64,000 nucleotides of DNA from positions 104,201-168,200 of the forward strand of contig DAISWL010000001.1 of assembly GCA_036826375.1 (NCBI GenBank), read 5' to 3'. This stretch comes from Candidatus Saccharimonadota bacterium (lineage in GTDB: Bacteria > Patescibacteriota > Saccharimonadia > Saccharimonadales > HK-STAS-PATE-42). This document shows, one piece after another, positions 48,401-57,697 of this stretch (positions within the stretch are counted from its first letter, which is position 1; every line of letters starts with the position of its first letter). Position numbers and translations under genes: made by a program. The notes under the pieces were generated by a model. The model did not search any database. It saw only the letters and a list, made by a program, of their open reading frames with translations, and was not told where the DNA came from.

Positions 48401-49240
48401 ATGAAACTTGAAGACTGGCTAAAACAAGCTAGTGCTAAGCTTAAGTTAGCCGACATCCCAAGTTGGCATCAAGATGCTAAGTTTATAGCGATGCACTATC
48501 TTGATTTAGAAAGTACTCAGTTGATTTTAGCTGATTCTACAGTGCCGAAAGCTGATTTAGATAAGCTTAATCTAGCTATAAAACGCAGGGTGGAGATGGA
48601 GCCTCTGGCATACATAATAGGCGAAACTAATTTTTATGGCAGAGATTTCATAGTTGATAACAGGGTTTTGATCCCCCGCCCAGAAACTGAAAATTTAATA
48701 GATTTTATCTTAAGCTTAAAACTTGAAGAACCCAAGTTAGTTGATATAGGAACCGGGAGCGGAATCATAGGTTTGACTTTAGCTTGCGAAATTTTCAAAT
48801 CAGAAGTTAATATGCTAGATATAAGTTCAGATTGTCTAGAGGTTACAAGGATGAACTCCGAAAGACTGAGAGATGAAATAAACTCCAATAAATCGACCTT
48901 GAACTTTAAACAATCTGACCTATTGGCTGACTGTGAGTTTGAGCCGCTAGATTTAATTGTAGCCAATTTACCCTATGTGGATATTAGTTGGGATTGGTTA
49001 GATTTGAAATCGTTGAGTTTTGAGCCTAGTTTAGCTTTGTGGGCGGAAGATTCGGGCTTAAGTTTAGTAAAAAAATTGATTGATCAATCTTTTAGTTATT
49101 TAAAGCCTGGTGGGCATCTGGTTTTAGAGGTAGACTCATCGCAAAAAGAAAAAGTTGAAATCTATGGTAAAGATGTTGGGTTTAAACCCATTAGATTAGA
49201 GCCAAAATTCGGTCAGTTTATTGTAGTATTTAGAATTTAA
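48401..49240 (+). CDS. prmC: release-factor glutamine N5-methyltransferase
   Basis: SAM motif VDIGTGSGIIG and the NPPY-variant ANLPYV, immediately downstream of prfA. Confidence 0.9.
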   Translation: MKLEDWLKQASAKLKLADIPSWHQDAKFIAMHYLDLESTQLILADSTVPKADLDKLNLAIKRRVEMEPLAYIIGETNFYGRDFIVDNRVLIPRPETENLIDFILSLKLEEPKLVDIGTGSGIIGLTLACEIFKSEVNMLDISSDCLEVTRMNSERLRDEINSNKSTLNFKQSDLLADCEFEPLDLIVANLPYVDISWDWLDLKSLSFEPSLALWAEDSGLSLVKKLIDQSFSYLKPGGHLVLEVDSSQKEKVEIYGKDVGFKPIRLEPKFGQFIVVFRI

Positions 49241-49242
49241 AC

Positions 49243-50022
49243 TTAAAGGAATAAGCAGATAATAATGCTAAACAGTAAAGCTAAAACCAATGGTATGGAT
49301 GATATTGAGTTGGATTTAGAACTCTTAAGCAGATAGTAACTTGTCTCAAAGCCTATAAAGCTAATCGTGAGCAGCAAGCCGGAACTAGTCAATATTAGTA
49401 ATCCACCCGTAGAGTATGAACTCGTGTAGTTAAACAGGAATGTCACGGAATAGCTAGTAATTAATAACCACATTAAGCTTAATTTATTTCCCTCGTTAGA
49501 ATCTTGGTAACTTAATCTAATATGGTATGATGCGGCAGATATTATCAACACGACAGCGACCCCTACTAATACTTGCGGAGCAAACGCTAAATACCAAAAT
49601 GCAGCTATTAATCCGAGAATTACCGAGACATAGGATTGTATAGTTACTCCTAGCTTGGAGCTAAAATGTTTAATCATTATAAGCCAAAAAACGTAGAATA
49701 AAGCTAAGGCTAATCTTAAATACATAACCCTGGAGCTTATAGCTAAACCGTCTAAAGGCCCTCCCCTACCGGCGAGGTACATTGTCGCAACAACCGAAAC
49801 GCCTAATACAAAATCAACTCCGTTGGCTTTAATATTATCCAGCCAAAATCTAGGCTTAACCATGAAAACACGCCATTTACTTAAAACAACCAACATTATA
49901 GCGACGGAATAAAGGCTAAAATTTTGTATTAAAATATAGATAGCGGCTGGTAGCATTAAGCTTAATAATGCATGGAGCAATACTCCTGATAAATCTTTAG
50001 TTTTCTTTAGCTTGTTGATCAT
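49243..50022 (-). CDS. membrane protein, hypothetical
   Basis: 259 aa with about 8 TM helices. It overlaps the upstream LCP gene by 26 nt. Confidence 0.55.
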   Translation of the reverse strand: MINKLKKTKDLSGVLLHALLSLMLPAAIYILIQNFSLYSVAIMLVVLSKWRVFMVKPRFWLDNIKANGVDFVLGVSVVATMYLAGRGGPLDGLAISSRVMYLRLALALFYVFWLIMIKHFSSKLGVTIQSYVSVILGLIAAFWYLAFAPQVLVGVAVVLIISAASYHIRLSYQDSNEGNKLSLMWLLITSYSVTFLFNYTSSYSTGGLLILTSSGLLLTISFIGFETSYYLLKSSKSNSISSIPLVLALLFSIIICLFL

Positions 50023-51586
50023 TACTACCTACTATTATAACAAAATCTGCATCATATTTAGACTTATAACTAGCTATGGTAGCCTCATCCCCATCATCTA
50101 CAGGGGATATCTTCTCTTTAATGGAAACTAGTGATGCTTGTTTATCTTTATTTAAAACTATAATCTGATTATTTTGATAGCTTCTAGAAGCCGCATTACC
50201 AGTATCTAAGATTTCCACCCCTAAGGATTCTAGATTCTTGGCCTTATCAGCTGCCAAACCGGGGATGCCAGTGCCATTGAGGACGACCACTTTGGGCTGC
50301 TCCTTCACTATTGGATCGTTGGACGTAAGCTTTCTGACAAATTGACTAATTTTAGAATAGTTAGCTGGCCCGCCTTGTACGCTTAGGGCCTTTGATCCGT
50401 TAGGCGCATCGTAATTTATTAGCACGTTACTAGTGCTCAGGCCTTCTGAAGTAATAGAGCTATCTTTGACATTCTTACCTAATTCATAAAGCCTTACAAT
50501 TTCATTTGCTTGAAGATTATGATGAACGTTATCGCCAGCTGAATCAAGCAAATCTGCAATTTTTTCAGGGTTAGATAGGGTTCCGGCTGAAAGGGCCTTT
50601 TTACGTATTTCAACCAGTATTTGACGTTGGTAATCGGCTCGGCTGAAATCTGAGTTAGCCATACCGCAACCGCCGCCAGCATTTCTAGAACGGGATAGAT
50701 TTAACGCCTGTTCGCCATTAAGATGTTGAACACCCTTGGGTAACTTAATGGTCGTATAAACATCGTATACCCCGCCGCCTCCAACACAGTAGGGGTCGCC
50801 ACTATCAATATTAATATCAACGCCGCCCACGGCATCAACAGCCTCTCTAAAAGCTTGATAATCTATTTTTATAAAGTAAGGTATATCTAATCCGGTGACT
50901 TTAGAGGCTATTTGGGCAAGATTATTCATCCCTTTGTCGGTAGCCATATTGTCACTACTTTCGCCGTCTTTGCCTCTAAAGTAAGCTTCATTTATTTTAC
51001 CAGCGTTCCCAAGTCTACTAGAATCGTTGTAATTAACCCAGAGATCCCTGGGTATCGAAAGCATAAGTGCTGAATTATCAACCGTATTTATGCTTATAAT
51101 CATAATTGAATCAGTCAACTCCGCCCCTTCGTGACCAGGATCATCCTCACTAGTGCCAGAGACTAAGATATTAACTCGACCCTGGTCCTCCCCCTTAAGT
51201 TTAGTGGGGATTAGGATATTAGCAATACTACCACCACTTATGTTATTTAGGGCTTTAGCATAACGATAGCCAAAATAAGTAGCCGGGATTATTAATAATA
51301 AAAATGCTATTAAAAATATTTTCTTCTTAGTGAGCTTAAATATTTTAAATCTAGCCCTACTAGAAGATCTCATATCGGGCAGATCTTGTGGATTTAAAAA
51401 GGAACTGCTATCACCTATTATGGGCGGGAGTGTGCTTCTATCAAAATCATTAGACTTAATCTCGTTGCCAGATTCTGTTTGTTTGATATGATTCTTTTTA
51501 GCATAGCCATCGTAAACCTCTGTTCTAGGGTTATTCAGGTTATTTTTTTTCTTTTTCGGTAAGAACCCATCAATGTTATTTTTCAT
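49997..51586 (-). CDS. LytR-CpsA-Psr (LCP) family cell-envelope phosphotransferase
   Basis: One TM helix, then VNILVSGTSEDD...TDSIMIISIN...LSIPRDLWV, with a C-terminal LytR_C-like domain. Confidence 0.88.
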   Translation of the reverse strand: MKNNIDGFLPKKKKNNLNNPRTEVYDGYAKKNHIKQTESGNEIKSNDFDRSTLPPIIGDSSSFLNPQDLPDMRSSSRARFKIFKLTKKKIFLIAFLLLIIPATYFGYRYAKALNNISGGSIANILIPTKLKGEDQGRVNILVSGTSEDDPGHEGAELTDSIMIISINTVDNSALMLSIPRDLWVNYNDSSRLGNAGKINEAYFRGKDGESSDNMATDKGMNNLAQIASKVTGLDIPYFIKIDYQAFREAVDAVGGVDINIDSGDPYCVGGGGVYDVYTTIKLPKGVQHLNGEQALNLSRSRNAGGGCGMANSDFSRADYQRQILVEIRKKALSAGTLSNPEKIADLLDSAGDNVHHNLQANEIVRLYELGKNVKDSSITSEGLSTSNVLINYDAPNGSKALSVQGGPANYSKISQFVRKLTSNDPIVKEQPKVVVLNGTGIPGLAADKAKNLESLGVEILDTGNAASRSYQNNQIIVLNKDKQASLVSIKEKISPVDDGDEATIASYKSKYDADFVIIVGSNDQQAKEN

Positions 51587-51683
51587 AAGTTAACAAGAAT
51601 CATTATACTATTATGGCTCATCCATGTACAATGTTTATTTTGCTTAAGCTAAATAAACTCAGCATGCTATAATAAATTATCTT

Positions 51684-52340
51684 ATGAAAATACAATCTGA
51701 ATCAAACGAATCAATAGAACCAACCGAGCCCAAGAAAATGAAAATTCATACCGATAAAAACGAAGCTAATTCGACCCTATCTTTCATAGGAGTTGTAGTC
51801 AGCGCTTTCGTATTAGCTCTAATATTAACCAACTTTGTTTTTCAGAAATTTGACGTAGTTGGCAGCAGTATGTACCCAACAGTGCACGATAAAGATATAA
51901 TCCTGGTCAACAAGCTGCCGGTAACAAAAAGCAAGTTAAGTAATAAGACCTACATACCGCAACGAGGCGATATTATAGTGTTTGAATCACCCCTATCATA
52001 CGGATCATCTAAAGAGAAAAGTCTTATCAAAAGAGTAATCGCCCTGCCGGGAGAAAAGGTCAGCTTAAAGAGTGGGAAGATCACTGTCTACAACAACGAG
52101 CATCCAAGTGGCTTTGACCCAGATTCAGCCTATAAGGAAAATCTACCCTACACCGATGGGGATATTGATAGCCTTACAGTACCAGAAGGACATATTTTTG
52201 TCAGTGGAGACAACAGAACTTCTGGAGAATCATTAGATTCCAGGAACTCACTAGGCACTGTTCCTTTGAAAAATATAATCGGTGAGGCTTGGCTTAGAAT
52301 TTATCCTTTTTCTGATAGCAAAAACTTTTATAAAAACTAG
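51684..52340 (+). CDS. lepB: signal peptidase I
   Basis: GSSMYPT (catalytic Ser), KRVIALPGE and GDNRTSGESLDSR boxes. Confidence 0.92.
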   Translation: MKIQSESNESIEPTEPKKMKIHTDKNEANSTLSFIGVVVSAFVLALILTNFVFQKFDVVGSSMYPTVHDKDIILVNKLPVTKSKLSNKTYIPQRGDIIVFESPLSYGSSKEKSLIKRVIALPGEKVSLKSGKITVYNNEHPSGFDPDSAYKENLPYTDGDIDSLTVPEGHIFVSGDNRTSGESLDSRNSLGTVPLKNIIGEAWLRIYPFSDSKNFYKN

Positions 52341-52450
52341 AGAATTACTCTTTTGAGATATTGATAACGGTTATTTAAACTTAAAGCGTTACTTCAAAAT
52401 AGAATTAAATTGATTCTTTTTGCTAACTTTAAGTTTTAGTAAAATAAAAA

Positions 52451-53332
52451 CTAGTTGAAGAAATTTTGAATTTTCTTCAAGTCATCATCATCACTAAAGC
52501 TAATTACAATATTGCCACCCTTAGCCCTAGGTTTAATTTGAACTGGCATATTAAGCCTAGTTGAAATGTTTGATATGAAATCTTTATGTGCTTTTAAGTA
52601 TTTAAGTTTAGCAGGTTCAGTTTTCTCAGATTCCCCAAGTTTAACCCTTACAGAATACTCTTCAGCCTGACGAACGCTCCAGCCATCATTAACACAATGA
52701 GCAAGTAGAGCTCTCTGTTCTTTTGGATAATCTTTAAGAGAAAGAACCGCCCGAGCGTGGCCCTCTTTAATTTTATTAGCAAGTAGAGCTTCTTTGGCGT
52801 AATCTGGCAAGTTCATTAAGCGCATTATATTTATGATAGCCTGTGGACTCTTACCAATTTTCTTTCCGATATCTTCAGCCTTAAGCTTGAATTGATCTTT
52901 TAGCGCCAAAAAAGATGCCGCCGCCTCAAGTGGATTTAAATCTTCCCTTTGGACATTTTCAATCAGCGCCACCTCTATTATTTGCTGTTTTTGAAGAGTT
53001 CTAATCAGTGCGGGGACTTGATCAAGCCCAGCCAAACGAGCCGCTCGATAGCGCCGCTCACCAGCTACAATTTGGTATTTATCAGATTTAAGTTTAACAA
53101 CAACCAGTGGTTGTATGATTCCGTGTTCTTTAATTGAGTTGGCGAGATCTTCAAGAGCCTGCTCGTCGAAACTACGACGTGGCTGATCTTTATTCGGCTC
53201 AATATTATCGAGGTTAATCATCTCTATCTTTTTATCAGATGATTTTCCGAAAACTACATCCAGGTTATCATCACCCAGACCTTCGGGGATTAAAGATCCC
53301 AACCCTTTTCCTAATTTAGAAGAGCCTATCAT
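52451..53332 (-). CDS. parB: chromosome partitioning protein ParB
   Basis: IQPLVV...YQIVAGERRYRAARLAG and an HTH region. Confidence 0.93.
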   Translation of the reverse strand: MIGSSKLGKGLGSLIPEGLGDDNLDVVFGKSSDKKIEMINLDNIEPNKDQPRRSFDEQALEDLANSIKEHGIIQPLVVVKLKSDKYQIVAGERRYRAARLAGLDQVPALIRTLQKQQIIEVALIENVQREDLNPLEAAASFLALKDQFKLKAEDIGKKIGKSPQAIINIMRLMNLPDYAKEALLANKIKEGHARAVLSLKDYPKEQRALLAHCVNDGWSVRQAEEYSVRVKLGESEKTEPAKLKYLKAHKDFISNISTRLNMPVQIKPRAKGGNIVISFSDDDDLKKIQNFFN

Positions 53333-54080
53333 ACACCTCCTTTGCTAACTTTTTATAGGCCCTAGAGCCTTTTGACCATTTATCATAAATACTGATTGGT
53401 TTACCATGGCTGGGAGCCTCGGCTAATCTAACATTTCTAGGGATTTGAACCTTAAACATGCTCTTTGGAAAATGCTTAGCCACCTCGCCAGAGACGGCAT
53501 CCGAGAGTGAGTTACGCTTATCAATCATAGTCATTAAAACTCCTAGAATTTCTAAATTTGGATTTAGAGATTTCCTAACCCTTTGCATGGTCTCCAGTAG
53601 TTGAGATAATCCCTCTAAAGCATAGTATTCGGCCTGAACCGGCATTAGAACATGGCTAGAAGCATTAAGAGCATTTACCGTTAATATTCCTAAGCTAGGT
53701 GGGCAATCTATTAAAATTACGTCGTAATCACTGCTAACCGAGCTTATTGCCTGCTTTAATTTATTGAGCCTATTTTCATCTACAGCTAAACCTACTTCAC
53801 TATCGGCTAACCTTCTATCCGTTGAGGCGATGAATAATCTTTCATTAACCGTAGGGCTAATAGCATCATTAAGCTTAACCTGAGAAGTTAGTACATCCCC
53901 TATATTTTTTACTGATTCCTTAGGGATGCCCAACCCACTAGTTGCGTTTCCTTGTGGGTCAAGATCTATCAGCAGAACCCTTAGCTTGTGTTCCTCCGCC
54001 AAATTATAAGCCAAATTAACAGTAGTAGTAGTTTTGCCTACTCCGCCCTTTTGGTTTGTAACCGCTATAACTTTAGCCAT
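53316..54080 (-). CDS. parA: ParA/Soj chromosome partitioning ATPase
   Basis: Deviant Walker A NQKGGVGKTTT and ILIDCPPSLG. Confidence 0.94.
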   Translation of the reverse strand: MAKVIAVTNQKGGVGKTTTTVNLAYNLAEEHKLRVLLIDLDPQGNATSGLGIPKESVKNIGDVLTSQVKLNDAISPTVNERLFIASTDRRLADSEVGLAVDENRLNKLKQAISSVSSDYDVILIDCPPSLGILTVNALNASSHVLMPVQAEYYALEGLSQLLETMQRVRKSLNPNLEILGVLMTMIDKRNSLSDAVSGEVAKHFPKSMFKVQIPRNVRLAEAPSHGKPISIYDKWSKGSRAYKKLAKEVYDRLF

Positions 54081-54188
54081 GTTTAGTTTTTTGTACCCTC
54101 TCTTTAAACTTAAGCTTATTATAACATATCGTAAAAGAAAAAGACTCCGCGAAGGGAGCCTTCATCAAAACCAAATTATTAATATATC

Positions 54189-54491
54189 TTATTTTATAGA
54201 TGTTATCTCGATAATACTTTTGTGCTGGCGATGACCCTTTAAAGATTTCACTCTTTTTTTAGCCTTAAACTTACCAACAAGAATTTTCTTATCTTTTTTA
54301 TCAGCTTCAAGAACCTTAGCTGTAACCTTAACTTTAGTTTCAGGCTTACCAATTTCTACTTTATCGCCATCCACAACTAGCAAGGCTGGGAATTCTACTT
54401 TTTCATCTTCGCCTAAAAGTTCAACATCTAATTTCTGACCTTCAGTTACTATGTATTGTTTGCCACCTGTTAAAATCACTGCCTTTTTCAT
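54189..54491 (-). CDS. rplU: 50S ribosomal protein L21
   Basis: MKKAVILTGGKQYIVTEGQKLDVE. 100 aa. Confidence 0.93.
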   Translation of the reverse strand: MKKAVILTGGKQYIVTEGQKLDVELLGEDEKVEFPALLVVDGDKVEIGKPETKVKVTAKVLEADKKDKKILVGKFKAKKRVKSLKGHRQHKSIIEITSIK

Positions 54492-54570
54492 TATTTCCTC
54501 ATCTTTTATTAATTTTTAGTAATTAAGATTAATTCTAACATAATTCTTGCTTTTATCAAAGTCAAGCTAT

Positions 54571-54588
54571 TGGTGACCCCACGGAGAA
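54571..54588. repeat. 18-bp duplicate of the tRNA-Glu 3' end
   Basis: TGGTGACCCCACGGAGAA is identical to 54696-54713 (the tRNA-Glu acceptor and T-arm 3' half plus CCA), 125 bp away in direct orientation. Confidence 0.85.
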
Positions 54589-54649
54589 GTTTCCTTTTAG
54601 CTTCGCTTTCGGAAAGCTTCGCCCGAACTCTACGTTCGATCCTCCTGTT

Positions 54650-54690
54650 TATTTCTTAAAAATAAACTTTGAATTAAAAATTCAAAAGCT
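54650..54690 (-). terminator. AT-rich hairpin plus U-tract after tRNA-Glu
   Basis: TTTGAATT/AATTCAAA forms the stem. On the minus strand it is followed by TTTATTTTT. Confidence 0.45.
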
Positions 54691-54695
54691 GACCT

Positions 54696-54770
54696 TTGGT
54701 GACCCCACGGAGAATCGAACTCCGATTACCAGATTGAGAATCTGGCGTCCTAACCGTTAGACGATGGGGC
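54696..54770 (-). tRNA. tRNA-Glu (anticodon CUC), CCA encoded
   Basis: I folded it by hand: acceptor GGCCCCA/TGGGGTC, D arm GTCT-AACGGTTA-GGAC, anticodon arm CCAGA-TTCTCAA-TCTGG, T arm CGGAG-TTCGATT-CTCCG, then ACCA. Confidence 0.92.
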
Positions 54771-54795
54771 CGTTACTTTAAACTAAACTTAAGTT

Positions 54796-54827
54796 TAGCA
54801 TCTTGAGACAAATCGCTCAAGATGCTA
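54796..54827 (-). terminator. hairpin terminator downstream of ileS
   Basis: TAGCATCTTGAG-ACAAATCG-CTCAAGATGCTA forms a perfect 12-bp stem 16 nt after the ileS stop. The U-tract is weak. Confidence 0.55.
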
Positions 54828-54842
54828 AACAGAATTAGTCTT

Positions 54843-57695
54843 TTAGCTTTTCTCCAAACTTAAACTTAACTCCTTGCCATCAATTTTAACTTCCTCTTGA
54901 TGACTGTAACGAGAGGAACTGTCTATTTCGTTAGCCAAAGTCTCTTTTGCTATCTCATCTTTAAACTGCTCTATTGCAGAATTCAGAGTTTGGTCACTAC
55001 TGGTTAAACTTAATTTGATTCTATCATCAACATTTAGACCGGCGCTTTTACGAGCAGATTGAACCACTCGGATAACCTCGCGAGCCAAGCCTTCTGCTTT
55101 CAATTCATCTGTTAAATTGAAATCTAAGCTGATTTCTTCCCCACCAATATTAACTTCTTTAACGTTAAGTTCTTCTTTGATTACATCAATTAGATAATCT
55201 GGGCAAGAAGGAACCTGAATACTGGCTAACGGTTGGCGAACTTTCATTTGGGCTTTGGCTCTTAAGCTTAAGCCTTCGGTGATGTAGCCGCGGACGGCGT
55301 CCATCTCTTGCTCTAGCTTGGAATCTACCAAATCGGGATTAAGTTTAGGGTAATCCTCTAGATGAACTGATCCTTTATCTGTTAATTTGCGGAAGAGATC
55401 TTCAGCCATAAACGGCGCAAACGGAGCTATAAGCTTAGAAAATTCAACCAGAACATAATAAAGCGTATCGTAAGCAGACATTTTATCGCCATCATTTTCA
55501 GATTTCCAAAAACGCTTTCTGCTACGTCGAACAAACCAGTTGCTCAAATCATCTAGAAAAATGATTGTTGGGCGAGTGGCATCATTAAGCTTAAACTGAT
55601 CCATCCCTTCAGTTGCTGACTTTATCACATTCTGAAGTTTGCTTAAAATCCATCGATCAAGCGGGTTTTTGGAATCTGGAACTTTACCATATTCAGCTTC
55701 ATATCCATCAACACTAGCGTACATAGTGAAGAAATCGTAACTGTTATAAAGCATATTAAGTTTACGCTCCACTACTGTTATATCTTTATCGATAAGGTCG
55801 GCATCTTCTCCGTTCATAAAGGGAGAGTTGAACAAAAACATTCGCCAAGCATCAGCGCTTAACTGATCGTAAAGTACAGTTGGCTCGGTATAATTACCGA
55901 AGCTCTTACTCATTTTCCGACCATCATTGCCAGCTAATGTTCCGTGCGAAATAACATTTTTGAAACACTTTTTACCGAACAGACCGATACTCATTACATG
56001 CATGTAGTAGAACCAAGCCCTTGTTTGAGCAATATATTCGGTGATGAAATCTCCTGGGAAGTTATCTTCAAATTTCTGCTTGTTTTCAAATGGGTAATGG
56101 AACTGAGCAAAAGGCATACTACCGCTTTCAAACCAACAATCTATCACCTTGCCGATGTGATGCATGGTTGCTCCATCTAACTGGAATGTAACGTTAATCA
56201 CATTAGGGAGGTGGTAATCATCTAAGCTTAATCCTGTAAATTCGCTGAACTCGGCATAAGAACCAAATACTTTAACCACTTCGGTTCCATCTTGTTTTTG
56301 ACCTTTCCAAACAGGAATTGGCGTAGCCCAATATCTATCTCTACTTAAGTTCCAATCAGGAGCCGAATTAATGGTATTTTTGAATCTACCATCTTTAAGA
56401 TGAGCTGGAACCCAGTTTATCGAGTTGTTTTCTTCTAGCATCTCATTTTTTTGAGATTGAATATCAAAGAACCAGCTTGGATGAGCCCTATACATCAACT
56501 TACCGTCGCATCTGTGGCAGTGCGGATATTCGTGTTTAATGTATTCAACCTTAAGAGCTTTTTCTTCTGATACCAAGTTTTTAGCAATCTCTTTGTTAAC
56601 TTCCCAGATATTTTTGCCGAGCCATGGGCCTTGAGTATAACTACCATTTTCATCGACATCAATAACCAAGGGTAGATGATTAAGCTTAGCCAATTCGTAA
56701 TCATCCTCACCGTAAGCTGGCGCAATGTGAACCAAGCCAGAGCCATCCTCATCACTAACAAAATCAGCCTCTAAAATTTTGTGAGCCTCCGGACCGTGAC
56801 TTTCAAATAATGGCTCGTAATGCTTGCCCACTATTGAGCCGATTTCAAAATCACCAATCATTTCATAGTTTAATGGCTGATGCTTTTCATCTGTTAACAC
56901 TTTTTGGTATAGCTTTTTAGCTACAATAACATTTTTGCCATTAAGCTTAACCTCAACGTATTCGATGTTAGAATTAACCGCGATAGCCACATTCGCCGGA
57001 AGAGTCCATGGAGTAGTTGTCCACGCTAATAAATATTTATCCTGATCAACTAACTTGAAGTAAACGAACACGCTCGGGTCGGTATCCATCTGATAACTGT
57101 TATCCATAGCTACTTCTGATTTAGAAATTGGTGTAGCATCTTTTGTGCAGTAAAGCAGAACTTTTTCTCCCTCATATATTTTACCTTTTTCGTGCAACGT
57201 CTTGAACGCCCACCAAACTGATTCCATATATTCTTTATCCATAGTTCGATACGGCTTACTCATATCTACCCACCGACCGATGCGATCAACGGTATCGTTC
57301 CATTCATCACCCGTTTGGACCATGGCATCTCGGCAACTGTTAACGTAATCTTCTAAGCTTATTTTAGTGCCAATCTCTTTTTTAGATTTAATACCCAGTT
57401 TTTTCTCGGTGAAAACCTCGGCTGGTAAACCGTGACAATCCCAACCCCAATCTCGTTCCACTTTTTTGCCCTGCATTGTTTGGTAGCGGCAGACAGCATC
57501 TTTAACAGCACTAGTGGAAAGGTTACCATGATGCGGTAGGCCAGTGATAAACGGTGGACCATCATAAAATACAAATGCGTTATCAGCTGATCGCTGATCT
57601 ATAGATTTCTGAAAGGTATTGCCTTCCTTCCAATACTTTATGATCTGTTTTTCAACATCACTATGCTTATCTCTTTTTTCCGATTTAAATTTCAT
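54843..57695 (-). CDS. ileS: isoleucine--tRNA ligase, type 2 (eukaryote-like)
   Basis: FYDGPPFITGLPHHGN (HIGH region), KMSKS and a CP1 editing domain. 950 aa. Confidence 0.93.
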   Translation of the reverse strand: MKFKSEKRDKHSDVEKQIIKYWKEGNTFQKSIDQRSADNAFVFYDGPPFITGLPHHGNLSTSAVKDAVCRYQTMQGKKVERDWGWDCHGLPAEVFTEKKLGIKSKKEIGTKISLEDYVNSCRDAMVQTGDEWNDTVDRIGRWVDMSKPYRTMDKEYMESVWWAFKTLHEKGKIYEGEKVLLYCTKDATPISKSEVAMDNSYQMDTDPSVFVYFKLVDQDKYLLAWTTTPWTLPANVAIAVNSNIEYVEVKLNGKNVIVAKKLYQKVLTDEKHQPLNYEMIGDFEIGSIVGKHYEPLFESHGPEAHKILEADFVSDEDGSGLVHIAPAYGEDDYELAKLNHLPLVIDVDENGSYTQGPWLGKNIWEVNKEIAKNLVSEEKALKVEYIKHEYPHCHRCDGKLMYRAHPSWFFDIQSQKNEMLEENNSINWVPAHLKDGRFKNTINSAPDWNLSRDRYWATPIPVWKGQKQDGTEVVKVFGSYAEFSEFTGLSLDDYHLPNVINVTFQLDGATMHHIGKVIDCWFESGSMPFAQFHYPFENKQKFEDNFPGDFITEYIAQTRAWFYYMHVMSIGLFGKKCFKNVISHGTLAGNDGRKMSKSFGNYTEPTVLYDQLSADAWRMFLFNSPFMNGEDADLIDKDITVVERKLNMLYNSYDFFTMYASVDGYEAEYGKVPDSKNPLDRWILSKLQNVIKSATEGMDQFKLNDATRPTIIFLDDLSNWFVRRSRKRFWKSENDGDKMSAYDTLYYVLVEFSKLIAPFAPFMAEDLFRKLTDKGSVHLEDYPKLNPDLVDSKLEQEMDAVRGYITEGLSLRAKAQMKVRQPLASIQVPSCPDYLIDVIKEELNVKEVNIGGEEISLDFNLTDELKAEGLAREVIRVVQSARKSAGLNVDDRIKLSLTSSDQTLNSAIEQFKDEIAKETLANEIDSSSRYSHQEEVKIDGKELSLSLEKS

Positions 57696-57697
57696 AA

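Noticed and set aside
54589-54660. GTTCGATCC (T-loop-like) in the spacer between the tRNA-Glu 3' end duplicates, as a possible second or degenerate tRNA.
   Set aside because: I could not form T, anticodon or acceptor stems on either strand.
54843-57695. Type-2 (eukaryote-like) IleRS as a sign of mupirocin-type resistance or horizontal transfer.
   Set aside because: The gene is full of the host word, so it is not recent. Type-2 IleRS is the native form in many bacterial lineages, so this is not unusual enough on its own.
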